Source: Octopus vulgaris (Eukaryota). Taken from it: a stretch of 64,000 nucleotides of DNA. Of this stretch, positions 14,794-28,899 are shown in pieces. Numbering within the stretch: the stretch's first letter is position 1; each line of letters opens with the position of its first letter. The position numbers and the translations under genes are program-made. A model generated the notes under the pieces. It saw only the letters and a program-made list of their open reading frames with translations. It was not told the DNA's origin and ran no database searches. The DNA lies in NCBI GenBank assembly GCA_951406725.2, contig OX597822.1, positions 94,054,001 through 94,118,000 of the forward strand, in the 5' to 3' direction.

Positions 14794-16979
14794 TGTAGGG
14801 TCAAAGAATGATGTAAATCCGAACCGCTGTCGCAGGTATCATTATGCCTTCTTATGACAAAATCAACATTCAAGTAATTAGCAAGAATGAATTAAGCAGT
14901 GCACTTTCAATATATTTTGATGTTGTCCTTAACTTATAATATATACCTGATTTTTCAAGATTAGAGCTTTCTTTTGACAATGTTAGTTTTGAAAACACAA
15001 AATGTGCAATGGCTTTATTGATTCACTTTGCATTTAACAGAAATTACAACATTAAACATATAATAAACATCTCTGATATTCTATACAATGCCGCGTTAAG
15101 TAAATACCAACGATGCTTTCTCTCAGCACTAGTTGTTGTTTAGTCCTAAGTCGATCTCGATCGAGCAGACCTATGAAATAAAACAGTTAAACAATGATCA
15201 TAGCATCTTGTGTATCTAATTCTACATTATCCAATGTATGTTTTTAAAGTTTGTAGAATGTGTTTTGATGGACATTTGACAACTATTTCAAGCAATTCGA
15301 GTGATTACCTCAAAGTTCCCTCACTGGTTTGTCGGCGCTTGCTTTCCAACCAGGTACCCATCCATGTATCAACCGGGTTAAACGTTGCTTAAGTGTAATC
15401 ACTAAAACATATAAGCTAACGATGATGTTAGTAAGAATCGGACTGGAAATAAAAACTGAGACAAAATAGTAAGCTGCTTGAAATATTCTTTACTTTATTT
15501 AAAACTTGAGAGGCTTTTAAAGCCTAATATTATCGTGGAAGCACAGTGTTGTGTTTGAAAACATCGCATAATGAAAGCAACACAAAACAACAACGATACG
15601 AATGATACTCACAGTGGGATATTCAATTATATTTTGCGGGCTCAGTTTCATCCGAACCTTATCAGTAAGCTGATATTTTATAATTCCTCTTAGTATTTTT
15701 TCCAGCCCTTTCATGATCGGAAGGTGGCCAGCAGGTCTGCTCCGTGCTGTTTATTCACGTGTGTAAGACGTAAACTGACTGAATTGTCTCCCCTTCAATA
15801 GCAGGTACTTCTGATTAATTTGGTGGGAAGCATTCTCTTCGTATTTCGAAGTTCAAATCTTGCGGAGGTTTTAGTTTTCACTTCATAAACCTACCTCGAG
15901 GGAAAGTTGTGTAACACCCATAGCCCTTATTACCCGAGTTTTCTTTTATACAAAATATATATAATTGAGTAATGTTTGTCTTTTAGCCTAGTTCAGCCCT
16001 GATTTTACACACTAATCTGTTGTAGTCATTACTGATCATTTTTCTAGGATCACATTATTCAATGTGTCTTTCATTTTCGACGACAGTTGCAAGTGTTTTT
16101 GGAGAGATTTGGCTGCTATTTTTAGCAGGCTCAGCGATTATATAGAGACATCCTTGTTTGTTCCGGTTCAGCTGTAACCATCGCGTCATAGTTATATACA
16201 CGAAACTTAGTTATCTGCAACCTATTAAAAATTGCACGGTGCAATTTGAAGATTTGGTTGCTATTTCTTGTACACCAAGCACACATATGTAGGTTCCTTT
16301 TGAGTGAGGTGGAATTAGTTAGAATTTGTTTTGAACTGTTGTATGTCACTTGATGTTGGGAGAAACTCCGAGACGAGGGGAACTTCAAATCATACTGCTG
16401 TTATGAGGTAGGGAGCACACAGGAATAGTTAACCTGGAACGTTACAGGTTTAGGGATCCAGTGCTAACCCATGTATATTATAAGTGTGTATGCAGGAGCC
16501 CCAGCGTATTGCTTAACCAATGGTCTCTAAAGTGGGTGATGAAAAGATCCAGAGGTCGTTGATAAAAATTAGGGCGATTGATGACCGCATTCCCCCTCTC
16601 TCTCTTTCAATGGTTCACTCAGGTTTAGAAAATAGGGATTATTTAATAATCGATCTAAAAAATATTGTTTTAAGAAAACTAACTTCGAGGAAGAACAGAA
16701 TGAGAAAAAATAAATAAAAGAAAGAAAAAGCTTATTAACGAAGCCTGTCATAAAATTGCCATGAGAATTTCCTAGAAAGACGAAAACATATAACACCGAA
16801 CAAAAAAAAAACAAAAAAACGTCAGGCACGGCTGTGTGGTAAGTAGCTTGCTTCCCAACCATATAATTCTGAGTTCAGTCTCAATGCGTGGCACTTAGGC
16901 CAGTGTCTCCTACTATGACCTCGGGCCGACCAAAGCCTTGTGAGTGGATTTGGTAGAAGGCAACTGAAAGAAGCCCGTC

Positions 16980-17657
<678 letters not shown>

Positions 17658-18496
17658 TATATGTATGTGTGTGTGTGTGTGTCTGTTTGCCCCCCCCCCC
17701 CCCATCATCGCTTGACAACCAATGTTGGTGTGTTTACTTAGTGGTTCGGTAAAAAAAAAAAAAACACCGACAGGATAAGTACTAGGCTCACAAAGAATAA
17801 GTCCTGGGGTCGATTTGTTCGACTAAAGGTGGTGCTCCAGCATGGCCGCAGTCAAATGACGGAAACAAATAAAAGAATAAAAATAACCGCAATAATGACA
17901 AGAACAACAACAACGAAATGAAATGAAGGGAAAGGGTTCGTAAAGGCGTCTAATACAATGCTTGTACTGCACACACGCACGTACGAACACACATTACGGT
18001 CATCTAAAAGGATTTCTTAATCCAATATTGTTTAAAACTATTGTTATAGTTTTATCTACTTCGAGTTCCACCGTTAAAAACGAAAAAAAAATCCCCCAAA
18101 AAAACGAACGAACGTATGTATGTATGTATCCAGACCGGGCGTTGTGAGTATTTATTGAGCGAAAACACCTAAAAGCTCCACGAGGCTCCGGCAGGGGATG
18201 GTGGTGATCCCTGCTGTACTCTTTCACCACAACTTTCTCTCACTCTTACTTCCTGTTTCTGTTGTACCTGTATTTCAAAGGGCCGGCCTTGTCACTCTCT
18301 GTGTCACGCTGAATATCCCCGAGAACTACGTTAAGGGTACATGTGTCTGTGGAGTGCTCAGCCACTTACACGTTAATTTCACGAGCAGGCTGTTTCGTTG
18401 ATTCGGATCAACCGGAACCCTCGTCGTCGGAACCGACGGAGTGCTTCCATAAGTATGTATGTATGTATGTATGTATGTATGTATGTATGTATGTAT

Positions 18497-18941
18497 TGCT
18501 TGGTGAGGTGGGTGTTTATTGGACATCCTGCGGGATGAAAAACAAAACCCGTCAAAAGGCGGAGGAACTCTTGAGAGTCAACGGCCATCTTAAAGCTGTA
18601 TCATGCGCGGGGACATAGAAACAATCGGACTGAATACCCGATCGCGCGGTTAAACCATTGGGAGTGAAGGACTCCTAGCCTTTGTTAGGGCATCCTTCTA
18701 GGAGAAGGTAACTCAGGTAACTGGGATAACTCCGACATAAAGACTGCGGCTCAGTGGTTACCGATGATGTTGACTTGTTCTTCTTTTCGGATTATGGCTG
18801 CTGTTGCTTAGTGAGTGGGATTGACTCAGTGAACAGCCTTTCCTCACTTTAAAAGAAATCTTCTTGCACAGGCATTGCACGATAACAACATTGATTAAGC
18901 TTCGTGCAATGGCCATACTCGATAACGAGGGGGCAGCCACC
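18497..18941 (+). mobile_element. RTE 5'-UTR-like non-coding repeat between (TATG)n tracts
   Basis: Shares ACCCGTCAAA(A/G)GGCGGAGGAAC with 36147-36170. Contains CTAGGAGAAGGTAACTC and TTTCCTCACTTTAAAA, similar to the 5' region of the 37210 RTE. Confidence 0.5.
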
Positions 18942-18959
18942 ATGTATGTATGTATGTAT

Positions 18960-20060
18960 AGAGAGTGGTCGAGCTAAATGTGATAGTTTGCATAAAAGGG
19001 AAAGAGAACACAATATCTCATTTAAAAATAAATGTATGTTAAATAATCAAAAAATATCAACTAGATTATAGCTGGGTGATAGTTTATCTCACGTAGCAGT
19101 CTTTAGCTTTTACTACGGTCTCCAGATGGCTCCGGAACCTGACACATACGTTCCTCACTGTACTTTTGAGAGAATCTTCAAACACCTCCTTGATCTTGGC
19201 CACCAAGTTCGGTCTCGGTGTTGTAGGCAGAGAGGCTGGTGTCTTTCTTAATCGCACCCCGCACGTAGTAATCCATGGGATTACAGTGTCCGAAGATATG
19301 GCAAGGAGCCGAATACTTCTGACACATATAAGGCCCTTCCACCAGCAACCCTCTCCAATCAGGGCTCGATTGCAGTCTCCAGCAGTTTAACATAGCCACC
19401 CGAATTGAGCCTAAGGCCCTGTTCAGAGATGTATGGTATCATGACGTCCCTTTCGCTCGCCTGCTGCGTCCGATCCTGCAAGTCACTGTTTCGTAGTCTC
19501 CGTTGTAGCTATCCATATCACGTCTTACAGCCTTTACTTCGTTCACGAGTGGAGGCGCAATGGCCCAGTGGTTAGGGCAGCGGACTCGCGGTCATAGGAT
19601 TGCGGTTTCGATTCCCAGACCGGGCGTTGTGAGTGTTTATTGAGCGAAAACACCTAAAAGCTCCACGAGGCTCCGGCAGGGGGTGGTGGTGATCCCTGCT
19701 GTACTCTTTCACCACAACTTTCTCTCACTCTTACTTCCTGTTTCTGTTGTACCTGTATTTCAAGGGGCCGGCCTTGTCACTCTCTGTATCACGCTGAATA
19801 TCCCCGAGAACTACGTGTCTGTGGAGTGCTCAGCCACTTACACGTTAATTTCACGAGCAGGCTGTTCCGTTGATTCGGATCAACCGGAACCCTCGTCGTC
19901 CGTTCACGAAGCAGTGAGCAGCAGTCATAATGCCATATTGCTATCCGATGTAACTCATCAGGATACAGGTAACTTTTTTCCAATATTTAGATGGCTTCCA
20001 GTTATCTATTTGAGCTAATTTTTACTCAACTACAACTTTAAACATTATGCTCACCAACAC
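18960..20060 (-). mobile_element. Second copy of the same Tc1/mariner-like remnant, interrupted by a SINE
   Basis: Shares AAAAAATATCAACTAGATTATA and other blocks with the 11475 copy; CNPMDYYVRGAIKKDT remnant. Confidence 0.65.
19549..19900 (+). mobile_element. tRNA-derived SINE, family C, with 9-bp TSD
   Basis: GTGGAGGCGCAATGGCCCAGTGGTTAG...GTTTCGATTCC head; TSD CGTTCACGA at 19540-19548 and 19901-19909. Confidence 0.88.
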
Positions 20061-20079
20061 GGTTGACTGTTCACCAATA

Positions 20080-20128
<49 letters not shown>

Positions 20129-20399
20129 TATATATCAATAATAACAAAGGGTAAAATTAATAAATTAATTAAGAAGTAATCAGTAATTTTACCAAGTAGA
20201 ATTCGGCATGAAAAAGACCATTTCATGGTAAGCATAAGTAATACTTAGTAATTAGGGTTCAGCATAGGTTTTGTTTTCAAGTACTTTGGTTTTTCTGGGA
20301 GTCCCTTTTAAAGTAGAAGGAATAGCTAAGATTTTTTGACTGCTATTTCCAAACTTCGGTATGTGGTGAAGCAAATCTTTGCTGAATCCTAATTATTAA

Positions 20400-20494
<95 letters not shown>

Positions 20495-20533
20495 TATATA
20501 CATATATATACATATATATATACATATATATAT

Positions 20534-20581
<48 letters not shown>

Positions 20582-20612
20582 ATATATGTGTATGTATGTA
20601 TGTATGTATGTA

Positions 20613-20667
<55 letters not shown>

Positions 20668-21415
20668 TGTGTGAAGGCGCATGGCTTAGTGGTTAGGGTA
20701 TTCGACTCACGATCGTAAGGTCGTGAGTTCAATTCCTGGCGACGCGTTGTGTCCTCGAGACACTTTATTTCACGTTGCTCCAGTCATCAAGCAAAAATAA
20801 GTAGTTACACTTTGTGTCGCGCTGAATCTCCCTGGGAACTACGTTAAGGGTACACGTGTCTGTAGAGTGCTCAGCCACTTGCACGTTAATTTTACGAGCA
20901 AGCTATTCCGTTGATCGTAACAGCTGGGATCATCGTCGTCGTAACCGACGGAATGCATTAGATTTAGTCTTGCCTTTATATAGTCTCTGTTGAGTTAAAA
21001 GCTTCGAAGTCACTTTCAACAACATTCTTGTATAATAATAATAAATTTGTACTCAACAAAAATATAGACTAGCCTATCAGATTAATGTAAAGTTGTTTTT
21101 ATTATAATTGAACATGAAAACAAATATATATATATATATATATAACGGGAAGGTTTACGAAAATATACAAAAGACGAAGGCAGGTGGAGTACAAACAAAC
21201 AAATGTATTAGTATGGCGCTCAGGAATAGAAATAGAACAAGTCTTTTACGTTTCGAGCCTACACTCTTCGACAGAAAGATACACAGAAAAAAAACAAGGA
21301 GAGAAAAAAATGCGTGTATGAGCTAATATATATATATTACAAGTCCATTTTTTAAAGGTGTAGCGTTTGTATGAGTCTAGATTGAATTGATATATTGGTT
21401 CCATTCTAACAAAAA

Positions 21416-21453
21416 CTGTCTGATGAACGGCAACGAGAAACTCAGAGTAACAG
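21416..21453 (+). ncRNA. Minimal type-I hammerhead ribozyme motif (degenerate stem II)
   Basis: CTGT CTGATGA ACGGCAACGA GAAA CTCAGA GTA ACAG: intact core, stem I CTGT/ACAG, short stem III ACTC/GAGT, GUA cleavage triplet. Confidence 0.6.
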
Positions 21454-21711
21454 ATTTTGTTGAATTTTCTGCTGCTTTAAATAAAGTATATATGTTTTAT
21501 TGATTTAAGTATGTTTCTCCATTTTCTAATTTTGTAGTATTAATTTACAGTAATATTATTACCTTTGCCCATATAATACAATAGATGAACTAATTGCTTG
21601 GCAATTTTTAACATCTATGTATTAGTCTTGTTGGGTACCTATCTAGCAGTATATTGGATATATGTTATCCCATGGTGGGTTGAATTTTTCAACCCCTATC
21701 TCATTTTATAA

Positions 21712-21794
<83 letters not shown>

Positions 21795-21974
21795 GTGTAG
21801 AGAGAGGGAGAGAGAGAGAGAGTTTAATTACAGTTTTGTAGGCACGTCACATCAAATGAGCCTTTCTCCTCAAGAATGTAAGTACCAGATGATGCAAATC
21901 CTAGATGGTTTCTGGATATTGAGCTATTGTGTGTGTGTGTGTGTGTGTGTGTGTGGAATTTAATAATTAATAAT

Positions 21975-22023
<49 letters not shown>

Positions 22024-22179
22024 GTGGGTGTAAACACATGAACAGAATAAGAATAAACAAAAACAAATTACACGAACGTATATAAACAGAAGATACAAAT
22101 ATATTACGGGCACCCCCCCCCCCCACACTAACTATACATAGACGCACATAGATATATACGCATGCGCAAAGGAAGACAC

Positions 22180-22860
22180 ATACAATAGAAATACAAAATG
22201 GCTGACGGTTAGTAAGGAGACACACACAAATAAGAAAGAAGAAAGGAAAGGACCACTGATGCGGTCACAAGAGTGTGACGAAAGAACTCTGGTCGAAATA
22301 AGAAAAAGATTAATGTAAAAAATAAATAACACTGAAGCAAAGTAACACCAAATATATAGTGCGTGTGTTTTTATTGGCTAAACTGGCAAAATGACCATTC
22401 CGAAATACAATAGAAATACAAAATGGCTGACGGTTAGTAAGGAGACACACACAAATAAGAAAGAAGAAAGGAAAGGACCACTGATGCGGTCACAATAGTG
22501 TGACGAAAGAACTCTGGCCGAAATAAGAAAAAGATTAATGTAAAAAATAAATAACACTGAAGCAAAGTAACACCAAATATATAGTGCGTGTGTTTTTATT
22601 GGCTAAACTGGCAAAATGACCATTCCGAAATATAATAGAAATACAAAATGGCTGACGGTTAGTAAGGAGAGACACACAAATAAGAAAGAAGAAAGCAAAG
22701 GACCACTGATGCGGTCACAATAGTGTGACGAAAGAACTCTGGCCGAAATAAGAAAAAGATTAATGTAAAAAATAAATAACACTGAAGCAAAGTAACACCA
22801 AATATATAGTGCGTGTGTTTTTATTGGTTAAACTGGCAAAATGACCATTCCGAAATACAA
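22180..22860. repeat. Tandem repeat, 3 x 225 bp
   Basis: Units start at 22183, 22408 and 22633 (AATAGAAATACAAAATGGCTGACGG...) and are nearly identical. Confidence 0.92.
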
Positions 22861-23740
22861 CAATGTATGTAAGAAGTAAAGCAGAAATTACTTTTAAGTG
22901 TACTGCCAAAGTGTTGCAACTTAATAGCAGACGTATCCAATTTAAGTAAAGTGAATATAAAAGCTAAGTGGAGAAGTATCGAATAAGTCATTCTTATACG
23001 CTTACATATAAAATAGACACGTATCTTTTTAGAGAACAATATGGACCTAAGAGCTATTGTATTAGACGTCTGTCTAATCAAAGAGCAGAAATTGAAAGAA
23101 GATATATGAAATGGACGTGTGTGTGTGTGTGTGTACGCGCGTGTGTGTGTGTCTGTGTATGCGGGCGTGTATGCGTGCGTGCTTGCGCGTGTGTATGTGA
23201 GAGACAAAGAGGGTGAGAAAGAGAGATAGACGATAGTTGATTTATGGAAAAGATTACGTTAAATTTTTGAAATACAAATATGTGAACGAAAATTAAGTTC
23301 AGACCTCTACATAGTAGCTAGACGTGGTAGAAATAGCAGGCAAATCTCCCTCAAAACACCCTACTATCTTAATCCGACAATTCTGCCTATTATGTAGTTT
23401 GAATGAGAAACTGTAACTAAAGATTAAGATTATTAGCCCCACAAAAAGGTGAAAGAAGAGAGCGAAAGTTTTGGCTCTCTGTACTTCCCTTGTTGCTAGC
23501 GAAATGGTATATGCCAACTGTGTAAGCAACTGGTAGTTTTAATGGCAGAACAAACAGGAATTCCATTAGAAACAGTTTTAATCGATTTTCTCGGTAAGTA
23601 TGGGTGTCAGGAAAAAAATACAAACCGCATTCCAATCTATGCACCCGTCTCCAAATGTGTGTCATTTTTCACACGAATCCACCCAGCCGTTTGGCTGTGA
23701 CCCTCGAGACAAGAAAGAATACAACGATCGCCCATGTCCA

Positions 23741-23799
<59 letters not shown>

Positions 23800-23800
<1 letters not shown>

Positions 23801-26110
23801 CCCTGGAAGGGTGGGAGTAGTAGGGAACTGTACCAGGTAGCCAAAAGGGCGGTTGGGCGGCAGGTATACATAGCCTAAGGCGAAGCAGAAAAGAAGTTTG
23901 CCAATGTCCAGTGACGTGAGGACCAAAAAGCTAAGGTACATCGGATTGCAAGACAGTGTATAAGAGAAAATTGTGATGTCACAGGAGAGAAGTATGTTCG
24001 AATGGATGATGGTGCACTTGCTTTTAGTGATTCGGAAAAGAAAGAGGATTGGAGAAGTCATTATGAAAAACTGCTGAATGTGGAGAATGAATGGAAGGAG
24101 GAGAGCCTGCCAAATGTTGACCCAGTAGAGAGACCAGCTATCCGAATAGACAACTCCCTTGTAGATAAAGCAATTAAGGGTATGAAGACAGGAAAATCCC
24201 CCGGCCCATCAGGAATCACTGCTGAGGTGCTTAAAATATCTGGTGGTGTGGGCTATAGCCTAGTCACCCGCATTGTAAACCAGGTAGTTCATGATGGAGT
24301 CATACCCGATGACTGGCGTAGCAGCACCATAGTCAACCGCTACAAAGGTAAAGGTGATGCTCTAGATAGAAATAACTACAGGGGTATCAAACTGCTGGAT
24401 CAGGTGATGAAGGTCACGGAGAGGGTCATAGCCCATCTCATTAGGGAGGGAGTCTGCTTAGATGAGATGCAGTTCGGTTTTGTGCCGGGTAGAAGTACCA
24501 CTAATGCCGTATTCCTGGTTCGACAACTGCAGGAGAAATACCTAGCTAAAGATAAACCCCTATACTTAGCTTTTGTGAACTTGGAGAAAGCCTTTGACAG
24601 GGCCCCCCGATCCCTTATCTGGTGGGCGATGCGGAAACTGGAGATTGATGAATGGTTGATAAGGGCTGTACAGAGAGGCCGTTGATAAGGTTAGGATTGG
24701 CAACGACTATAGTGAAGAATTCCGGGTAGAAGTAGGGGTCCACCAAGGTTCAGCCCTCAGTCCCCTTTTATTCATCATAGTCTTCCAGGCAATAACAGAG
24801 GAATTCAAGACGAGTTGCCCCTGTGAGCTCCTCTATGCTGATGACCTGGCCCTCATAGCAGAATCACTACCAGAACTAGAAAAGAAATTTCGGGTATGGA
24901 TGCAAGGTTTAGAATCAAAAGGTCTTAGAGTCAATGTAGAAACGACCAAAGTTCTAGTAAGTAGGAAGGCAAACACATCCCACACACCGTCATGTAGGTG
25001 GCCCTGCTTGGTGTGTAAAAAAGGTGTAGGTAGTGCACCCAGTGTAAGCTATGGACACATAAGAGGTGCAGCAACATCAAAGGAAGATTAACCGAGAAGA
25101 TAGCTTTCGTGTGCAGCAGATGCACAGGGGAAATAAACACCACAAATATTCAGAAAACAGATTCCACCACACTCCAAGGGGAGAAATTAGAATTAGTTGA
25201 TAGCTTCCGCCACCTAGGTGACCAAGTTAGTAGTGGGGGTGGATGCTCAGAGAGTGTACCATTAGAATAAGAATAGCCTGGGCAAAGTTTAGAAAGCTTC
25301 TATCCCTACTGGTGACAAAGGGCTTCGCGGCAGTGAAACATGGGTCGTGACTGCAGAGGACATGCGTAGGCTCGAAAGAAATGAAGCTAGCATGATTCGC
25401 TGGATGTGTAATGTCAGTGTGCACACACGACAGAGTGTAAGCACCCTGAGAGAAATGTTGGACATAAGAAGCATAAGATGTGGCGTGCAAGAGAGACGTT
25501 TGCTCTGGTATGGTAATGTACTACGGATGGACGAGGAGAGATGTGTGAAGAAGTATCACTCCCAAACAGTTGAAGGAATCCAGGAAGACATGGGATGAGG
25601 TGGTCAAGCATGGCCTTCGAACGTTGGGCCTCACAGAGGCAACGACGAAAGACCGAGACCTTTGGAGACATGCTGTGACTGTGAAAACCCGGCAAATAAT
25701 GTGAGTTCACGGCTGTATCCTTTACCAGTTTCGCATAATCAGCCCCAGCCCATTCAAAAGTACTTTGGATCGTAGGGCGACCTGCTGTGCTTGGGGAGAC
25801 CTATTGAGTCAAGTACATCAACATCAAAATGAAAATCAAATGGAAATTGTAGTTGTGATACCCATGCCAGTGGCACGTGAAAAGCACCAACTGATCGTGG
25901 CCGTTGTCAGCCTCCTCTGGTCCTAGTGTCGGTGGCACGTAAAAAGGGACCCACTACACTCACCGAGTGGTTGGCGTTAGGAAGGGCATCCAGCTGTAGA
26001 AACTACCAGATCAGACAGGAGCCTGGTGTAGCCTCCTGGCTTCCCAGACCCCGGTCGAACCGTCAAACCCATACTAGCATGGAAAAAGGACGTTAAACGA
26101 TGATGATGAT
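23800..26110 (+). mobile_element. 5'-truncated RTE-clade LINE (RT pseudogene, 3' UTR, (GAT)n tail)
   Basis: ORF 24002-24685 has YRGIKLL, QFGFVPGRST and LEKAFDR; HQGSALSP and YADDL follow in a shifted frame; RLLWYGNVLR near the end; tail GGACGTTAAACGATGATGATGAT. Confidence 0.9.
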
Positions 26111-26903
26111 ACCATATTAACATCAATAGAGAAGATTTATATACAATGTATAATAATTTAAGTATTACGAACTAAAAGTTGTTAATTAACTTATTTAGCT
26201 GATACCCATTATTAGTTAAAAGAATATTTATGTTAATAGGACATGCTAATTATATACCAATTTTAAATTAAAAGGTATAATATAGGTTTTAAAAGTTCAC
26301 TCAGCTGTAGAAATGAGTTGCGACGTCACAGGTGCCAAGCTGTATCGGCCCTTGCCTTTCCCTTGGACCACATCGGTGACGTGGAGAGGGGATGCCGGTA
26401 TGCATGGGCGACTGCTGGTCTTCCATAAAAAAAAAAAACCTTGCCCAGACTTGTGCCTTAGAGGGTAACTTTCTAGGTGCAAACCCATGGTCAGTGTCTG
26501 ACCGAAGGGGGTCACCACCACCAAAAGTTATCAGTGTTAATCCGTACATGATATTACAGTTTCTTAGGGGTACTTAACTGGAAGGGCTACTTCTATAAAG
26601 GCCAATATAAATACTAAGATCAGGAGGGTGGAACACAAGAGAACAAGAAGAGAAAAAAGTAAATTATATGTATATCGTGGTTTTCCTATTATTTTTTTTA
26701 CTGCCATTTTATCAATAAACTTTAAAAATTTAATGCTAATATTGAGTTTCATTTGAATTCTTTTCACTCTTTTCTGGCTCTAAATGCCTTTAAAAACCTC
26801 AAAAAGAAAGGGCCAAAACTATGAAATCAGCCTTTTTTTTTTTTTTTAGATCTTTTAAAATTTTAAACTATAAAATCAGCATTTTTTTTTCACTCTAAAG
26901 CAA

Positions 26904-27334
26904 TCTATACATATAAAACTGAAGTTGTCTGAGTGTGTGTGTGTGGCAGGTTTGGTAGCCTTCAACTAACACTATCTCCTCCGAGACCTTGCGGCGGCGC
27001 AAGTTGACCAAAATCGAGAGTATGATAGAAGAAGGCTTGCTCTTCGTTCCGTAGAATAAAAAATTCAATTCGGACCATGTTAAGACCCAAAATTATTTTC
27101 TATGAAAATCCCCATTTTTTACGATTTTTCGACTGCTGTGTAGCCATTTTTCGGTGTAATTCAACCAGAGAAATGTTTACTTAAAGAGAATAGCAAGCTA
27201 TATAATGCAAAATTTTTACTTTTCAAAAAAGATTGAAACTATGTCAAAACTTTGTTAACGCGACATCAAAGTCTGCCGTTTTAAGCGCAACTGAAAAAAA
27301 AATAAACCCGAGCAACGCCGGGCTATACTGCTAG
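26904..27334 (+). mobile_element. Non-autonomous Helitron
   Basis: A|TC start, 3' hairpin CCCGAGCAACGCCGGG, CTAG|T end, no TSD. Confidence 0.8.
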
Positions 27335-27922
27335 TAAATAAATGAGATAAAAGTTTTAGTTTCTAAAGCCATTAAAAAGGTCTAAAAAGGATGATTTTAT
27401 AGTTTGGGCACTTTTTAAAGGTGTTTTTAGAGCAAAAACTGTTGTTTTTTTTTTCTATAATAAAAATTAACGTTAACGGTTTATCGATAACTTCCGTAAT
27501 ATTTTTAAAGAATTAACTGATTAACAGTTATCGAAGTTAATTTTTTGGTTAATGGGTTAATGGTTAACTTTTCGATAACTTCGTTAACCATTAACCCACT
27601 GGGGTCGAATTATATCGACTCCAGTGCGTAACTGGTACTTAATTTATCGACCCCGAAAGGATGAAAGGCAAAGTCGACCTCGGCGGAATTTGAACACAGA
27701 ACGTAATGGCAGACGAAATACCTATTTCTTTACTACCCACAAGGGGCTAAACACAGAGGACAAGCAAGGACAGACAAACGGGTACTTATTTAATCGACCC
27801 CGAAAGGATGAAAGGCAAAGTCGACCTCGGCGGAATTTGAACTCAGAACGTAGCAGCAGACGAAATACCGCTAAGCATTTCGCCCGGCGCGCTAACGTTT
27901 CTGCCAGCTCGCTCGCTCGCTC

Positions 27923-28002
<80 letters not shown>

Positions 28003-28330
28003 CGGAAAGAGACTTGCCCCAAACAATCACAAGGTATATAAATAGACAGACACATCAGATAGCGCCTTCTTGTATATTCATTTATATTACGGTTAATTAT
28101 ATCTATTGTTCCTTTATAGAAATTGACCTTGAATCTTGCAGGAAATTAATTCACTGGAACAAATTAAACGACTTACAATTTTCTTTTGGCAAAAGAAATA
28201 CGTCTGCAAGATAAGATAAAATATAGACTGTGTACGGGAGGACTACAGGACAACACTGAGTGGCAATATCAAATACAAAATGGGTTTTAATATGACGCAT
28301 TTAAAAAAATAATATGACAATTATTACCTA

Positions 28331-28838
28331 TCTATATATATAAAACTGTAGTTGTGTGAGTGTCTGTCCCCTTCGATTTAGATTCCTAACTACTCCCACA
28401 TTTTGCGGTGCAGTTTAACCAAATTCGGGTATCTTATAGTCGTGATTCATATCGAGCCCGTCTGGCTATTAGCGCGCGTCTACGATGAGTCTACGATTTT
28501 AAAAATAATTTAACATAATTTTTTATTCCATTTTAATGCATAATTTTTCGTGTGTCGATGACGGCGGAGTTGGCGTCCATGGTCACACCTGCACCTGTTT
28601 GCTTCTCCCCCTTCTTCCCTCCCTCGTGAAGCTGTGGGGAAGGGAGTGTAAGGAAATCAACGTCGTAAAGCGTTGTCAAGGAGACCAGCGTTCTTTTAGA
28701 ACGACTTCATAGCTTGAAGACACCAAAACAGAAATGGCTAAGAAAGCCCGAATTGGCATCTATAAGGGAAGTAACTCTAAAAATACTTATATAGTTATTT
28801 CCCTTACAAACCCGAGCAACGCCGGGCGATACTGCTAG
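28331..28838 (+). mobile_element. Non-autonomous Helitron
   Basis: A|TCTATATATATAAAACTG...CCCGAGCAACGCCGGGCGATACTGCTAG|T. Confidence 0.85.
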
Positions 28839-28899
28839 TTTATAATACATACAAAACTCTGATCCACTTCACTTTCATTTTATTTTAATAATGATAAAC

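Noticed and set aside
19549-19625. tRNA gene
   Set aside because: The tRNA-like head continues into a SINE body bounded by a TSD; no complete cloverleaf or terminator.
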